Position numbers and translations under genes: made by a program. A stretch of DNA of 64,000 bases from assembly GCA_051251915.1 (NCBI GenBank), contig JBPOGF010000005.1, positions 124,918 through 188,917 of the forward strand, given 5' to 3'. Each line of letters begins with the position of its first letter. The first letter of the stretch is position 1. This DNA is from Akkermansiaceae bacterium (GTDB lineage: Bacteria > Verrucomicrobiota > Verrucomicrobiia > Verrucomicrobiales > Akkermansiaceae). Below, piece by piece: positions 1 through 8,254 of the stretch. A model generated the notes under the pieces. That model did not search any database. It saw only the letters and a program-made list of their open reading frames with translations, and was not told where the DNA came from.

Positions 1-645
1 CCCGCAGAACAAGCGGCGATGCTCAAAGTGAATCCTCTCACGGCACTCTGTCTGTTAGAAAACTATGTGAGTCTAACAGAAGGAGACTACATCATACAGA
101 ATGCCGCCAACTCTGGAGTAGGCCAGTGCGTAATTCAGATAGCCAAGCAGCTAGGTATTAAGACCATTAACCTCGTGAGAAGAGATGAACTTATTCCGGA
201 GTTGTTAGAACTAGGAGCGGATCATGTTCTGTTAGATAATACCTTTGTTGTAGAGCAAGTAAGAGAAATCTGTGGAGAGAATCTGCCTAAGCTTGCTTGT
301 AATGCCGTAGGTGGAGATAGTGCGCTTCGCCTGATGGATGCCATAGCGGAGCAAGGCCAGCATATCACTTTTGGAGCTATGTCAATGCGTAGCCTCAAAG
401 TGCCTAACAAATTCCTCATCTTCAAACGTATTCAGCTCCATGGTCTCTGGGTTACTAAGTGGATCGAAGAAAACGATCATGCTACAGTCTCAGCTGCTTA
501 TCAACGCCTCGCAACATGGGTTGCAAAAGGTCAGTTAAGTCAAGCCATCGATACCATCTACAAGCCTCAGGACATCATCCCAGCTATTAAGCACGCTACT
601 CAGGATAAGCGTGATGGGAAAATTCTCTTAGACTTTACTGAATAG
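1..645 (+). CDS. MDR-family NAD(P)H oxidoreductase, trans-2-enoyl-CoA/ACP reductase-like (5' partial)
   Basis: Frame is open from base 1 (PAEQAAMLKVNPLTA); QNAANSGVG nucleotide-binding motif; C-terminal GKILL. Confidence 0.85.
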   Translation, partial: PAEQAAMLKVNPLTALCLLENYVSLTEGDYIIQNAANSGVGQCVIQIAKQLGIKTINLVRRDELIPELLELGADHVLLDNTFVVEQVREICGENLPKLACNAVGGDSALRLMDAIAEQGQHITFGAMSMRSLKVPNKFLIFKRIQLHGLWVTKWIEENDHATVSAAYQRLATWVAKGQLSQAIDTIYKPQDIIPAIKHATQDKRDGKILLDFTE

Positions 646-655
646 GGGATGATTA

Positions 656-1714
656 ATGAGCAATGAGCGCAAGATTATCCACGTTGACATGGACTGCTTC
701 TTTGCTGCCATAGAGCAGCGAGAAAATCCTGCGCTGAGAGGTAAACCCATCGCTGTGGGAGGTGATGGTAGACGAGGTGTTCTTTGCACCGCAAGCTACG
801 AAGCGCGCAAGTTTGGTTGTCGGTCAGCTATGCCTGGTTTCAAGGCGCTAGAGCTCTGCCCGCAGCTTATTATTGTTCCTGTTAGATTTGAACTCTATCA
901 GCAAGCGTCAAACAAAGTTAGGGCAATATTTGGCAGGTTCACCGAGCTCATCGAGCCGCTTTCTTTAGACGAAGCTTACCTTGATGTTAGCCATTGGAAA
1001 AGTGATGCCGGTGCCATCGCTCGGGAAATACGCGCTCAGATCTACGAAGAAACCCAGCTCACCGCTAGTGCAGGGATTTCATCTAACAAACTCATCGCCA
1101 AGATAGCTTCAGACTGGCAGAAACCGAACGGACAACACCAAATCAAGCCAGAAGAAATACCAGCATTCATGGAAAACTTACCTGTAGCTAAGCTCTGGGG
1201 AGTGGGGAAAAAGATGCAGCAAAAACTTACCTCTGCCAATATCCACACTTGTGGCGATATGCAGAAGCTGGATAAACTCACGATGGCAAAAAACTATGGC
1301 AAATGGGGGCTAGAACTATACGACCTTTGCCGAGGAATAGACACGAGAGAAGTCCAGACTAGCCGTATTAGAAAATCGATCGGTAAAGAAATCACCTTCG
1401 ATGAAGACATCAATCGTGTCCAGGACCTCTTCGCTGATTTAGAGAAAATGTTAGAATCAGTTAGGGAAATACATCAAGATCGCTACAGAGACAGAATTAT
1501 CAAATCCACCGTCGTCAAACTCAAATTTGCAGACTTTACTGGAACCACGATAGAGCGAGCCACGGAGAAACCTAGCATGGAACTCGCCAGAGAATTACTT
1601 TTAGAAGGCTGGTCCCGAGGAGGGCAAAAATCTGTCCGCCTACTCGGGATAGGACTCAAGCTAGCCGATCCAGAACCTCAAACACAGCCTCAGTTAGAAC
1701 TAGGAATGGAGTGA
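656..1714 (+). CDS. dinB: DNA polymerase IV (Y family)
   Basis: IIHVDMDCFFAA, ASYEARKFG, SLDEAYLD and KIASDWQKPNG motifs. Confidence 0.95.
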   Translation: MSNERKIIHVDMDCFFAAIEQRENPALRGKPIAVGGDGRRGVLCTASYEARKFGCRSAMPGFKALELCPQLIIVPVRFELYQQASNKVRAIFGRFTELIEPLSLDEAYLDVSHWKSDAGAIAREIRAQIYEETQLTASAGISSNKLIAKIASDWQKPNGQHQIKPEEIPAFMENLPVAKLWGVGKKMQQKLTSANIHTCGDMQKLDKLTMAKNYGKWGLELYDLCRGIDTREVQTSRIRKSIGKEITFDEDINRVQDLFADLEKMLESVREIHQDRYRDRIIKSTVVKLKFADFTGTTIERATEKPSMELARELLLEGWSRGGQKSVRLLGIGLKLADPEPQTQPQLELGME

Positions 1715-1929
1715 AGCTGATGTGGAGAAAGGTGAATCTTTAAATATATTAATACGGTAATGTTTTAGGCGGCGTATTTAATTGAGCTACTATGAAGTAT
1801 TTCTTCTGTCGTTCTGGACTTTTTTGAGCCTTCTCATTTGAGTTTTCGCTTGAGCTTTGAATTAACTATCTCGTCTACTAGAGGGTCGTCTGAGATAACT
1901 CAGCCTTTAAATCTCGATTCAAATATTCG

Positions 1930-2187
1930 TCAGGGTTTAGATCTGGGCTGTAGCTGAGCTGGGCAGAAATGCTGCGGTGTAGGGTGCGGTATTTTAGTGA
2001 TGGTGTTGTGCTTGGGAGTAAGGAATTTGTGAATGATTTCTTTAAACAGCTAAAAGCAGTGACTCAAAGTGAACCTGGACAGAGTGAACGTTATCATAAG
2101 AGAGAGACTGGGGCGCGGAAGATTAGACACGCGAAAGGAGATAAGTTGTTTAGTATGCGACGGCTGGAGGTGGATAGTATCGGGTAG
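1930..2187 (+). pseudogene. C-terminal remnant of a REP-associated tyrosine (Y1/IS200-like) transposase
   Basis: MLRCRVRYFSDGVVLGSKEFVN...KRETGARK resembles, from recall, the C-terminus of verrucomicrobial RAYT-like transposases; no HUH N-terminal domain upstream. Confidence 0.6.
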
Positions 2188-2315
2188 TTTCTTTGGATGT
2201 TTTACTTATTATGTATGCTTGTCTGACAATGGCGATAATTAGCCTCTTGCTTACTCATAATTAGCAATATATGCTCATTTTATGACACTCCTAGACACAA
2301 GAACAGAGTTAAATA

Positions 2316-3623
2316 ATGCGCATTTTATGTAGAAAGTATGTTGGGTTGACCAAGATGATGCTCGTGTTAATTACGACTTGTGGATCAGTGACTGGAGCTC
2401 TGTTAGAATATGTGACGGCTCCTCCAGACAACCCATTGAGAGGACTAGTGCCGTATGTTGATGCTTCTAAGAAGGCGAATTTTCCGCATAGTATGGAGTT
2501 TCGTTACTTCTCATTGAGGGATATTATGAAGGGCCCAGATGAGTATGATTGGGAACCTATAGAGCGAGCGCTTGAGGGTGTAAGTAAGCGCGGAAACCAG
2601 ATCGTTTTCAGGGTCTTTTGTGAATATCCTGGTAGGAAGAATGCGGTTCCTCAGTTTCTCATTGATGGTGGAGTGAAGATCACCAAGTGGAAAAATAAGG
2701 ATGATGGCGAGATCAGCTATACGCCTGATTATGAAAACCCCAAATTAAGAGAATCTCTTACTGGATTCATTAGAGCGATGGGGGTTAAATACGACGGTGA
2801 TCCGAGGATAGGATTTATTACTGCTGGCGTTCTAGGCTCGTGGGGTGAGTGGCATACTTACCCGCGCGAGGATTTATGGGCATCGAAGGAAGTCCAGCTT
2901 GAGATTTTAGATTCTTTTGCGAAGGCCTTCTCAACGACGAAAGTATTGTTGCGATATGCTGCTGGTGGTAAGAATGAGATGTATGCAGAGAATGTTGAGG
3001 GGCCTTTTGGTTACCATGATGATTCATTTGGATGGGCAACAATCGATACGGGAAAGAAGAACGACTCATGGTTTTTTGAACCTACGCTTAAGGCCGCTGG
3101 TGCGATGTCAAAGTGGAAGAGCTTTCCGATAGGCGGCGAGATTCGTCCTGAGTTGTGGAAGAAGAGTTTTACTGCCAAATGCCATTCTAGGGATCAGGGA
3201 TTTGTGGAATGTGTGGAGCGCTTGCATGTGACTTGGCTTATGGACACGGGGCTTTTCGATACGCGCTTCAAGGTGGACCGTGAGCGTAGAGAAGCAGCAC
3301 TTAAGGAAGTGGCACGGATGGGCTATGAGCTCTATGTCTCGAAGGCGGAATGGAATGAGGGTGTGTTGTCGCTATTGGTTGAAAACCGTGGAGTTGCACC
3401 ATTTTATTATGATTGGCCAGTAGAGGTAGAGCTGGATGGTAAGCTTATTAAAACCGACTGGAAATTGAGCGGAATCCTGCCGGGTGAGCCGCGTGTATGG
3501 TCGATCAAAATGGCGGCTAAAAGCGCATTGAAAGTTCGCGTGCCGAACCCAATGAATGGTGGTAAACCACTCCGTTTTGCAAACCGCTCTCAAGGAAAAG
3601 AGTGGCTTGAGATAAAGCTATAG
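2316..3623 (+). CDS. Secreted DUF4832-domain protein (putative glycoside hydrolase-like TIM barrel)
   Basis: Signal-like N-terminus; PDNPLRGLVPY, YDGDPRIGFI..G.LG.WGEWH, PIGGEIRPE and NRGVAPFYYDW motifs. Confidence 0.75.
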   Translation: MRILCRKYVGLTKMMLVLITTCGSVTGALLEYVTAPPDNPLRGLVPYVDASKKANFPHSMEFRYFSLRDIMKGPDEYDWEPIERALEGVSKRGNQIVFRVFCEYPGRKNAVPQFLIDGGVKITKWKNKDDGEISYTPDYENPKLRESLTGFIRAMGVKYDGDPRIGFITAGVLGSWGEWHTYPREDLWASKEVQLEILDSFAKAFSTTKVLLRYAAGGKNEMYAENVEGPFGYHDDSFGWATIDTGKKNDSWFFEPTLKAAGAMSKWKSFPIGGEIRPELWKKSFTAKCHSRDQGFVECVERLHVTWLMDTGLFDTRFKVDRERREAALKEVARMGYELYVSKAEWNEGVLSLLVENRGVAPFYYDWPVEVELDGKLIKTDWKLSGILPGEPRVWSIKMAAKSALKVRVPNPMNGGKPLRFANRSQGKEWLEIKL

Positions 3624-3695
3624 ATAAGGCTTACTCTGTTCCATTTCAGCTTCAATCCACTTGCTTTCTATGGGCTAGAGGATTAGTGTGGCGTC

Positions 3696-3929
3696 ATGAC
3701 ACTCGCTAAGAAGATCAAACTTATTCTCGTTATCACCATTATTTCTTTGGTGGCTATTGTTATCTTCCAGAATACTGAGGCGGTCACTGCAAATCTCCTG
3801 TTCAAGGAGGTGAGTATGTCACTTTCTCTGATGTTGTTACTCACGTTTTTACTGGGGATTATCACTGGATTTGTATCGATGCTGTTTCTTTCTAAGAAGA
3901 AAGTGAAGAAAGTGGAGGCTAAACTATAA
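3696..3929 (+). CDS. LapA (DUF1049) family small membrane protein
   Basis: Two TM segments flanking FQNTEAV, basic C-terminal tail. Confidence 0.7.
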   Translation: MTLAKKIKLILVITIISLVAIVIFQNTEAVTANLLFKEVSMSLSLMLLLTFLLGIITGFVSMLFLSKKKVKKVEAKL

Positions 3930-4022
3930 TTCTAAAAGGGGTTCATTCTTGCTTGTGAATGGACAGAGGGTATAAAGGTGCTTGTCTAGAGGCAGTTAAT
4001 TACACCAAGAAAGAAATTGATC

Positions 4023-4373
4023 ATGAAGAAAACATTAAGGTCGCCATTTTATTATTTTGCTGGATTCGCTGCTCTATTTACGGGGGTAGCATGCACACAG
4101 ATCAATCAAGCTAGGGCTAAAAATGGAGCGCCTACTCAAAAAATGGCTACGGCTACGAATACAGACTTGAAGGATTTAGGTGAAGGACATGCTATATTTA
4201 TGAGACAATGTTCTCAGTGCCATGAACCAAAGCTGCCGGCTACGATTCCTTCTGAAGCATGGCATGTGATCGTGCCTGGGATGGCTTGGAATGCTGGGCT
4301 TTCTGAGATAGAGGAGAAAAGTGTTCATGCCTATATTATGGCGGCTAGTCAGTATAATGAGCAGCAACGCTAG
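4023..4373 (+). CDS. Monoheme c-type cytochrome, probable lipoprotein
   Basis: CSQCH heme-binding motif; GVAC lipobox-like signal; downstream Met (VPGMA) as candidate axial ligand. Confidence 0.75.
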   Translation: MKKTLRSPFYYFAGFAALFTGVACTQINQARAKNGAPTQKMATATNTDLKDLGEGHAIFMRQCSQCHEPKLPATIPSEAWHVIVPGMAWNAGLSEIEEKSVHAYIMAASQYNEQQR

Positions 4374-4425
4374 TTACTTGTTTGAACGCTGGAGGTAAGT
4401 TTTTTATTATGGTGCGCTAATTGAG

Positions 4426-5295
4426 ATGAACTTATTTCCCTATATTCTTGCTGCTAGGCCTAAGACTTTGCCGGCTGCTATTGTGCCGGTTTGGCTGGGA
4501 TGTCTGCTGGCGTGGTTCCTTACGGGTGAGTTTGATGGGTGGGTTGCATTTTACACATTGATGGGTGCGGTGTGGATTCAGGTGGGGACGAATTTTTTCA
4601 ATGACGCTATCGACTCGGATAAAGGTGCGGATACTGAGAAACGTCTTGGACCAAAGCGTGCGACGGCAAGTGGTTTGATCTCGCGACGTGCGGTTTACAC
4701 TTCTGCTGTTGTTTGTTTGCTGATTGCGGCGGTATTTGGTGGCTTGTTGTTTCAGGCGCGAGGGTGGATGGTGTTGGTGATCGGTATTCCGTCATTGTAT
4801 TTATGTTACGGTTACACAGGTGGGCCGTGGCCATTGGCGTATAAGGGGCTGGGGGAGTTATTTGTGGTGTTGTTTTTTGGGCTGATTGCGGTGGCTGGGA
4901 CTTTGTTTATGCAGTTGGGTGAGTGGCGTTGGGAGGCAGTTCTGTTAGGTCTGCAAGCTGGGTTGCTCTCAGCGGTATTGATTTCTATTAATAACCTACG
5001 AGATCGTGAAGAGGATGAGGGTAATAACAAACGCACGCTGGCGGTTTTGTTAGGTGAGGAGCGAGCGAAGAAGTTGTTAATGGTAGAGATATTTCTGCCT
5101 GCTGTTCTAGGGTTTATTTGGTTAAGAGACGATATCCAGTTGGCACTTTATCCGCTCGCCTACCTTGTGCTCGCTATCCCCATCGCTAAAGGGGTGATGA
5201 GCAATGAACCAGGTAAGATCTATAATAAGTTCCTCGCACTCGCAGGACTACAGCTCATCGTGTTCGGTGTGGCATTTCACATAGGTGTGCTCTAA
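4426..5295 (+). CDS. menA: 1,4-dihydroxy-2-naphthoate polyprenyltransferase
   Basis: ARPKTLPAA, NFFNDAID..KGAD, GLGELFV and NNLRD.EED...KRTLAV motifs; multi-TM. Confidence 0.92.
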   Translation: MNLFPYILAARPKTLPAAIVPVWLGCLLAWFLTGEFDGWVAFYTLMGAVWIQVGTNFFNDAIDSDKGADTEKRLGPKRATASGLISRRAVYTSAVVCLLIAAVFGGLLFQARGWMVLVIGIPSLYLCYGYTGGPWPLAYKGLGELFVVLFFGLIAVAGTLFMQLGEWRWEAVLLGLQAGLLSAVLISINNLRDREEDEGNNKRTLAVLLGEERAKKLLMVEIFLPAVLGFIWLRDDIQLALYPLAYLVLAIPIAKGVMSNEPGKIYNKFLALAGLQLIVFGVAFHIGVL

Positions 5296-5362
5296 AAATA
5301 AAGTTAGAAATATCTAGAAAAAATTTGTCAACGGATATGAGCACTGGTAGTGGGTAGCCGTT

Positions 5363-5779
5363 ATGAAAATCATCAATTTACTACTCGTCACATTATCCCT
5401 CAGTCTTTCTCTTCACGCGGATCCGGAGGCTAAGCCGGCTTCGCCAGCAAAATCAGAGGCTGCAGAGGCTGCTCCACTTCGTCATGTGGTTTTATTTAAG
5501 TTTAAGGACACGGCAACTGACGAAGAAGTTGCTGCAATTGAAAAAGCCTTTAGTGCACTGCCTAGCAAGATAGAAACCATCACTGATTACGAGTGGGGGC
5601 CTAATGTTAGTGAGGCGAATAAGAATGATGGGTTCACTCATTGTTTCATTGTGACGTTTAAAGATCAAAAGGGGCTTGATGTGTATTCACCACATCCTGC
5701 TCATCAGGAATTTATTGAGCTTTTCAAGCCGTCACTGGAAAAAGCGTTAGTGTTTGATTACTATATGCAGAAACCTTAA
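5363..5779 (+). CDS. Dabb (stress-responsive A/B barrel) family protein with signal peptide
   Basis: LRHVVLFKFK, GFTHCFIVTF and Y..HPAHQEF motifs. Confidence 0.9.
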   Translation: MKIINLLLVTLSLSLSLHADPEAKPASPAKSEAAEAAPLRHVVLFKFKDTATDEEVAAIEKAFSALPSKIETITDYEWGPNVSEANKNDGFTHCFIVTFKDQKGLDVYSPHPAHQEFIELFKPSLEKALVFDYYMQKP

Positions 5780-5903
5780 TTGAGTTTCATCTCATTTTGC
5801 ATCCATCCCATTCCAGAGACAGGTTAATGGCTCTGGGGTGGACTTTTCCTGCTTTATTTTAGATTTCCTGCTGGCTGGTGTAGGGAATCAATTCCGTAGG
5901 ATC

Positions 5904-6713
5904 TTATACAGGATTCAATGAGAAGTAAATCATGCCTGAGATGCTTGCGGCTATCAGGTAGTAGGAAAAGTATTCCAACTTGCCCTTTTTAACCACGTTC
6001 ATAGCAAGAGAGATGGCGAGTAGGCCAACTACTGCAGATGCAACTGCTCCCCAGATGTAGGCGTCAGATGTGCAGGAATCGAGAGCGGTGCCCCAGCTGC
6101 CTAATCTCTCAGCTTCATCCTTTAAGTTCAGCACGAAGCCTCCCGCGATGGCAGGGATGGACATGAGGAAGGAAAACTCAGCGGCTTTCTCAGCTTTGAC
6201 GCCACTGACGAGTCCGGCGGCAATCGTTGATCCACTGCGTGAAATTCCAGGTAGGATAGCTAATGCTTGGCCGATGCCCATCCAGAGTGAGCTTTTCGCT
6301 CCGATGTTGGCGGTTTTGTTTTTTAGAATTTTAGGGACGAATAGTAGTGCTGCAGTGAGCAATAAGAGTCCACTGACTAGGACTGGGCGGTCATAGGCCG
6401 CTTTGAAGTAATCACCAAATAGTTTATAAGCCACTACTGCAGGGACAGTAGCGACACCTAGCCAGAAGATCATCATGCGCTCTTCTTTCATGTCTTTGGT
6501 CCAGAGTGATTGGCAAAGTTTCCAGAGGCTGGCACGGAAGTAGATGAGCACACTCAAAAGAGTTCCTAAGTGGAGGACAATTTCAAATGAGAGACTGCTT
6601 TCCTTGATGCCGAGAAGTGCTTGTGTAAGAACAATATGCCCAGAGGATGAGATAGGCAAAAACTCTGCTAATCCCTGCACAATACCCACGATGATCGCTT
6701 CCAAAATACTCAT
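5904..6713 (-). CDS. uppP: Undecaprenyl-diphosphate phosphatase (BacA)
   Basis: QGLAEFLPISSSGH and PGISRSGSTI motifs; start chosen at ATG 6713. Confidence 0.95.
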   Translation of the reverse strand: MSILEAIIVGIVQGLAEFLPISSSGHIVLTQALLGIKESSLSFEIVLHLGTLLSVLIYFRASLWKLCQSLWTKDMKEERMMIFWLGVATVPAVVAYKLFGDYFKAAYDRPVLVSGLLLLTAALLFVPKILKNKTANIGAKSSLWMGIGQALAILPGISRSGSTIAAGLVSGVKAEKAAEFSFLMSIPAIAGGFVLNLKDEAERLGSWGTALDSCTSDAYIWGAVASAVVGLLAISLAMNVVKKGKLEYFSYYLIAASISGMIYFSLNPV

Positions 6714-6912
6714 AACTAACGCGGAATCTAGCCACATCTGAGGACTTGGCAAGGAATAACCTATGGCTAGTATTTATCTTCTATAATTAGGAATATGTCA
6801 TAAAAAAGGCTGAAACTTTATTCTGTTCGTAACGTATGTATAAGATTAGCGTAGAAATAGTTATCAGGCTTAATTTACGATTCGTTTTAATCTAACCATA
6901 ACCCATAAAACC

Positions 6913-8253
6913 ATGTCCCAGCGATGCTCAGGAAACCCACTAGCAGATAATACACGATCATTAGGAGCTCAATCTCGGCGAGAATTTCTCAATGTGGGGT
7001 TGCTCGGGGGGCTAGGTCTGACGCTTCCTGCCTTTTTAAAAATGCAGGCTCAGGGTGCTCAGAAAATTTACAAGAACACGGATGGGCCATGTAAGGCTGT
7101 GATCCAGATTTTCCTACCTGGAGGGTTAGCTCAGCATGAGTCATTTGATCCTAAGCCCTATGCGCCATCTGACTACCGTGGACCGTTTGGGTCTATCAAG
7201 ACGAAGCTCACTGGTTACCGATTTGGGGAGCACATGAAGGACATGGCTGCCATTGCGGATAAGATGACGGTGATTCGTTCTATGTCACATGGTGAGGCAG
7301 CGCATGAACGGGGGACTCATAATATGTTCACTGGTTACCGGCCAAATCCTGCGTTGGAGTTCCCATCCATAGGTTCGGTGATCTCGCACGAGTTTGGCCC
7401 TCAGCATAATTTACCACCGTATGTATGTGTGCCTACTGTGCCCAATGAATATGCTAACTCTGGCTACCTTTCATCATCTCACGGCCCCTTCGCGCTTGGC
7501 TCAGACCCGGCTCAGAAAGATTTCCAGGTGCGAGATCTTAATATGCCGAAGGGGGTTGATGAAGAGAGGTTCAACCGAAGGAAATCTTTGCTTGAAACTG
7601 TGGACCACCATTTCCGTAGTTTGGAAAACTCTGACGCGCTGGACTCGATGGATGCTTTCTATCAGCACGCTTATAGTCTCATTTCATCGCAGAAAGCACG
7701 TGAGGCATTTGATATCAATAAAGAGCCTCAGAAGCTCCGCGATCAGTATGGCAATACTCAGGCTGGTCAGCGGATGATCCTAGCGCGCCGACTTGTGGAG
7801 TCTGGTGTAAGGTTCGTATCGCTAACAACTGGTGGGTGGGATCACCACGCGAACATCAAGGACGGAATCCAAAAGGGACTTCCTCCAGTCGATAAGGCGG
7901 TCGCTATGTTGATCAAGGATTTGGAACAGCGTGGTTTATTAGATTCGACGATGGTCATCCTTACTTCAGAATTTGGGCGCACACCGAAGATTAATAAAGA
8001 TGGGGGGCGAGATCATTGGCCACGGGTATTTTCTACTATGCTTGCGGGTGGTGGTATCCAAAAAGGATTGATTTATGGTGAGTCAGATGCCCTTGGTGGG
8101 GAGCCTGAGGATAATAAGGTTGGGGTGGAGGACTTCGCTAAGACGATTTATCATCAGCTGGGGATCAATGCAGATAAGGAGCTGATGTCGCCTGGTGGAC
8201 GGCCGATAGAAATTGTTGATGGTGGAAGTGTAATCAAGGACATCATTATCTAA
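6913..8253 (+). CDS. DUF1501 domain protein with Tat-like signal
   Basis: SRREFL twin-arginine motif; FLPGG..QHESFDPKP, ARRLVESGVRFV, WDHH and SEFGRTPKIN..GGRDHWP motifs. Confidence 0.92.
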   Translation: MSQRCSGNPLADNTRSLGAQSRREFLNVGLLGGLGLTLPAFLKMQAQGAQKIYKNTDGPCKAVIQIFLPGGLAQHESFDPKPYAPSDYRGPFGSIKTKLTGYRFGEHMKDMAAIADKMTVIRSMSHGEAAHERGTHNMFTGYRPNPALEFPSIGSVISHEFGPQHNLPPYVCVPTVPNEYANSGYLSSSHGPFALGSDPAQKDFQVRDLNMPKGVDEERFNRRKSLLETVDHHFRSLENSDALDSMDAFYQHAYSLISSQKAREAFDINKEPQKLRDQYGNTQAGQRMILARRLVESGVRFVSLTTGGWDHHANIKDGIQKGLPPVDKAVAMLIKDLEQRGLLDSTMVILTSEFGRTPKINKDGGRDHWPRVFSTMLAGGGIQKGLIYGESDALGGEPEDNKVGVEDFAKTIYHQLGINADKELMSPGGRPIEIVDGGSVIKDIII

Positions 8254-8254
8254 C

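Noticed and set aside
1730..1925. Minus-strand frame fragments (VISDDPLVDEIVNSKLKRKLK*) after dinB
   Set aside because: Interrupted by stop codons, and no family could be recognised.
2219..2229. TTGTCTGACAA as a third site for the fucose FadR regulator
   Set aside because: It is similar to TTGTCATACAA but lacks the shared GAAT flank, is 40 kb away and abuts a transposase remnant; it cannot be distinguished from chance.
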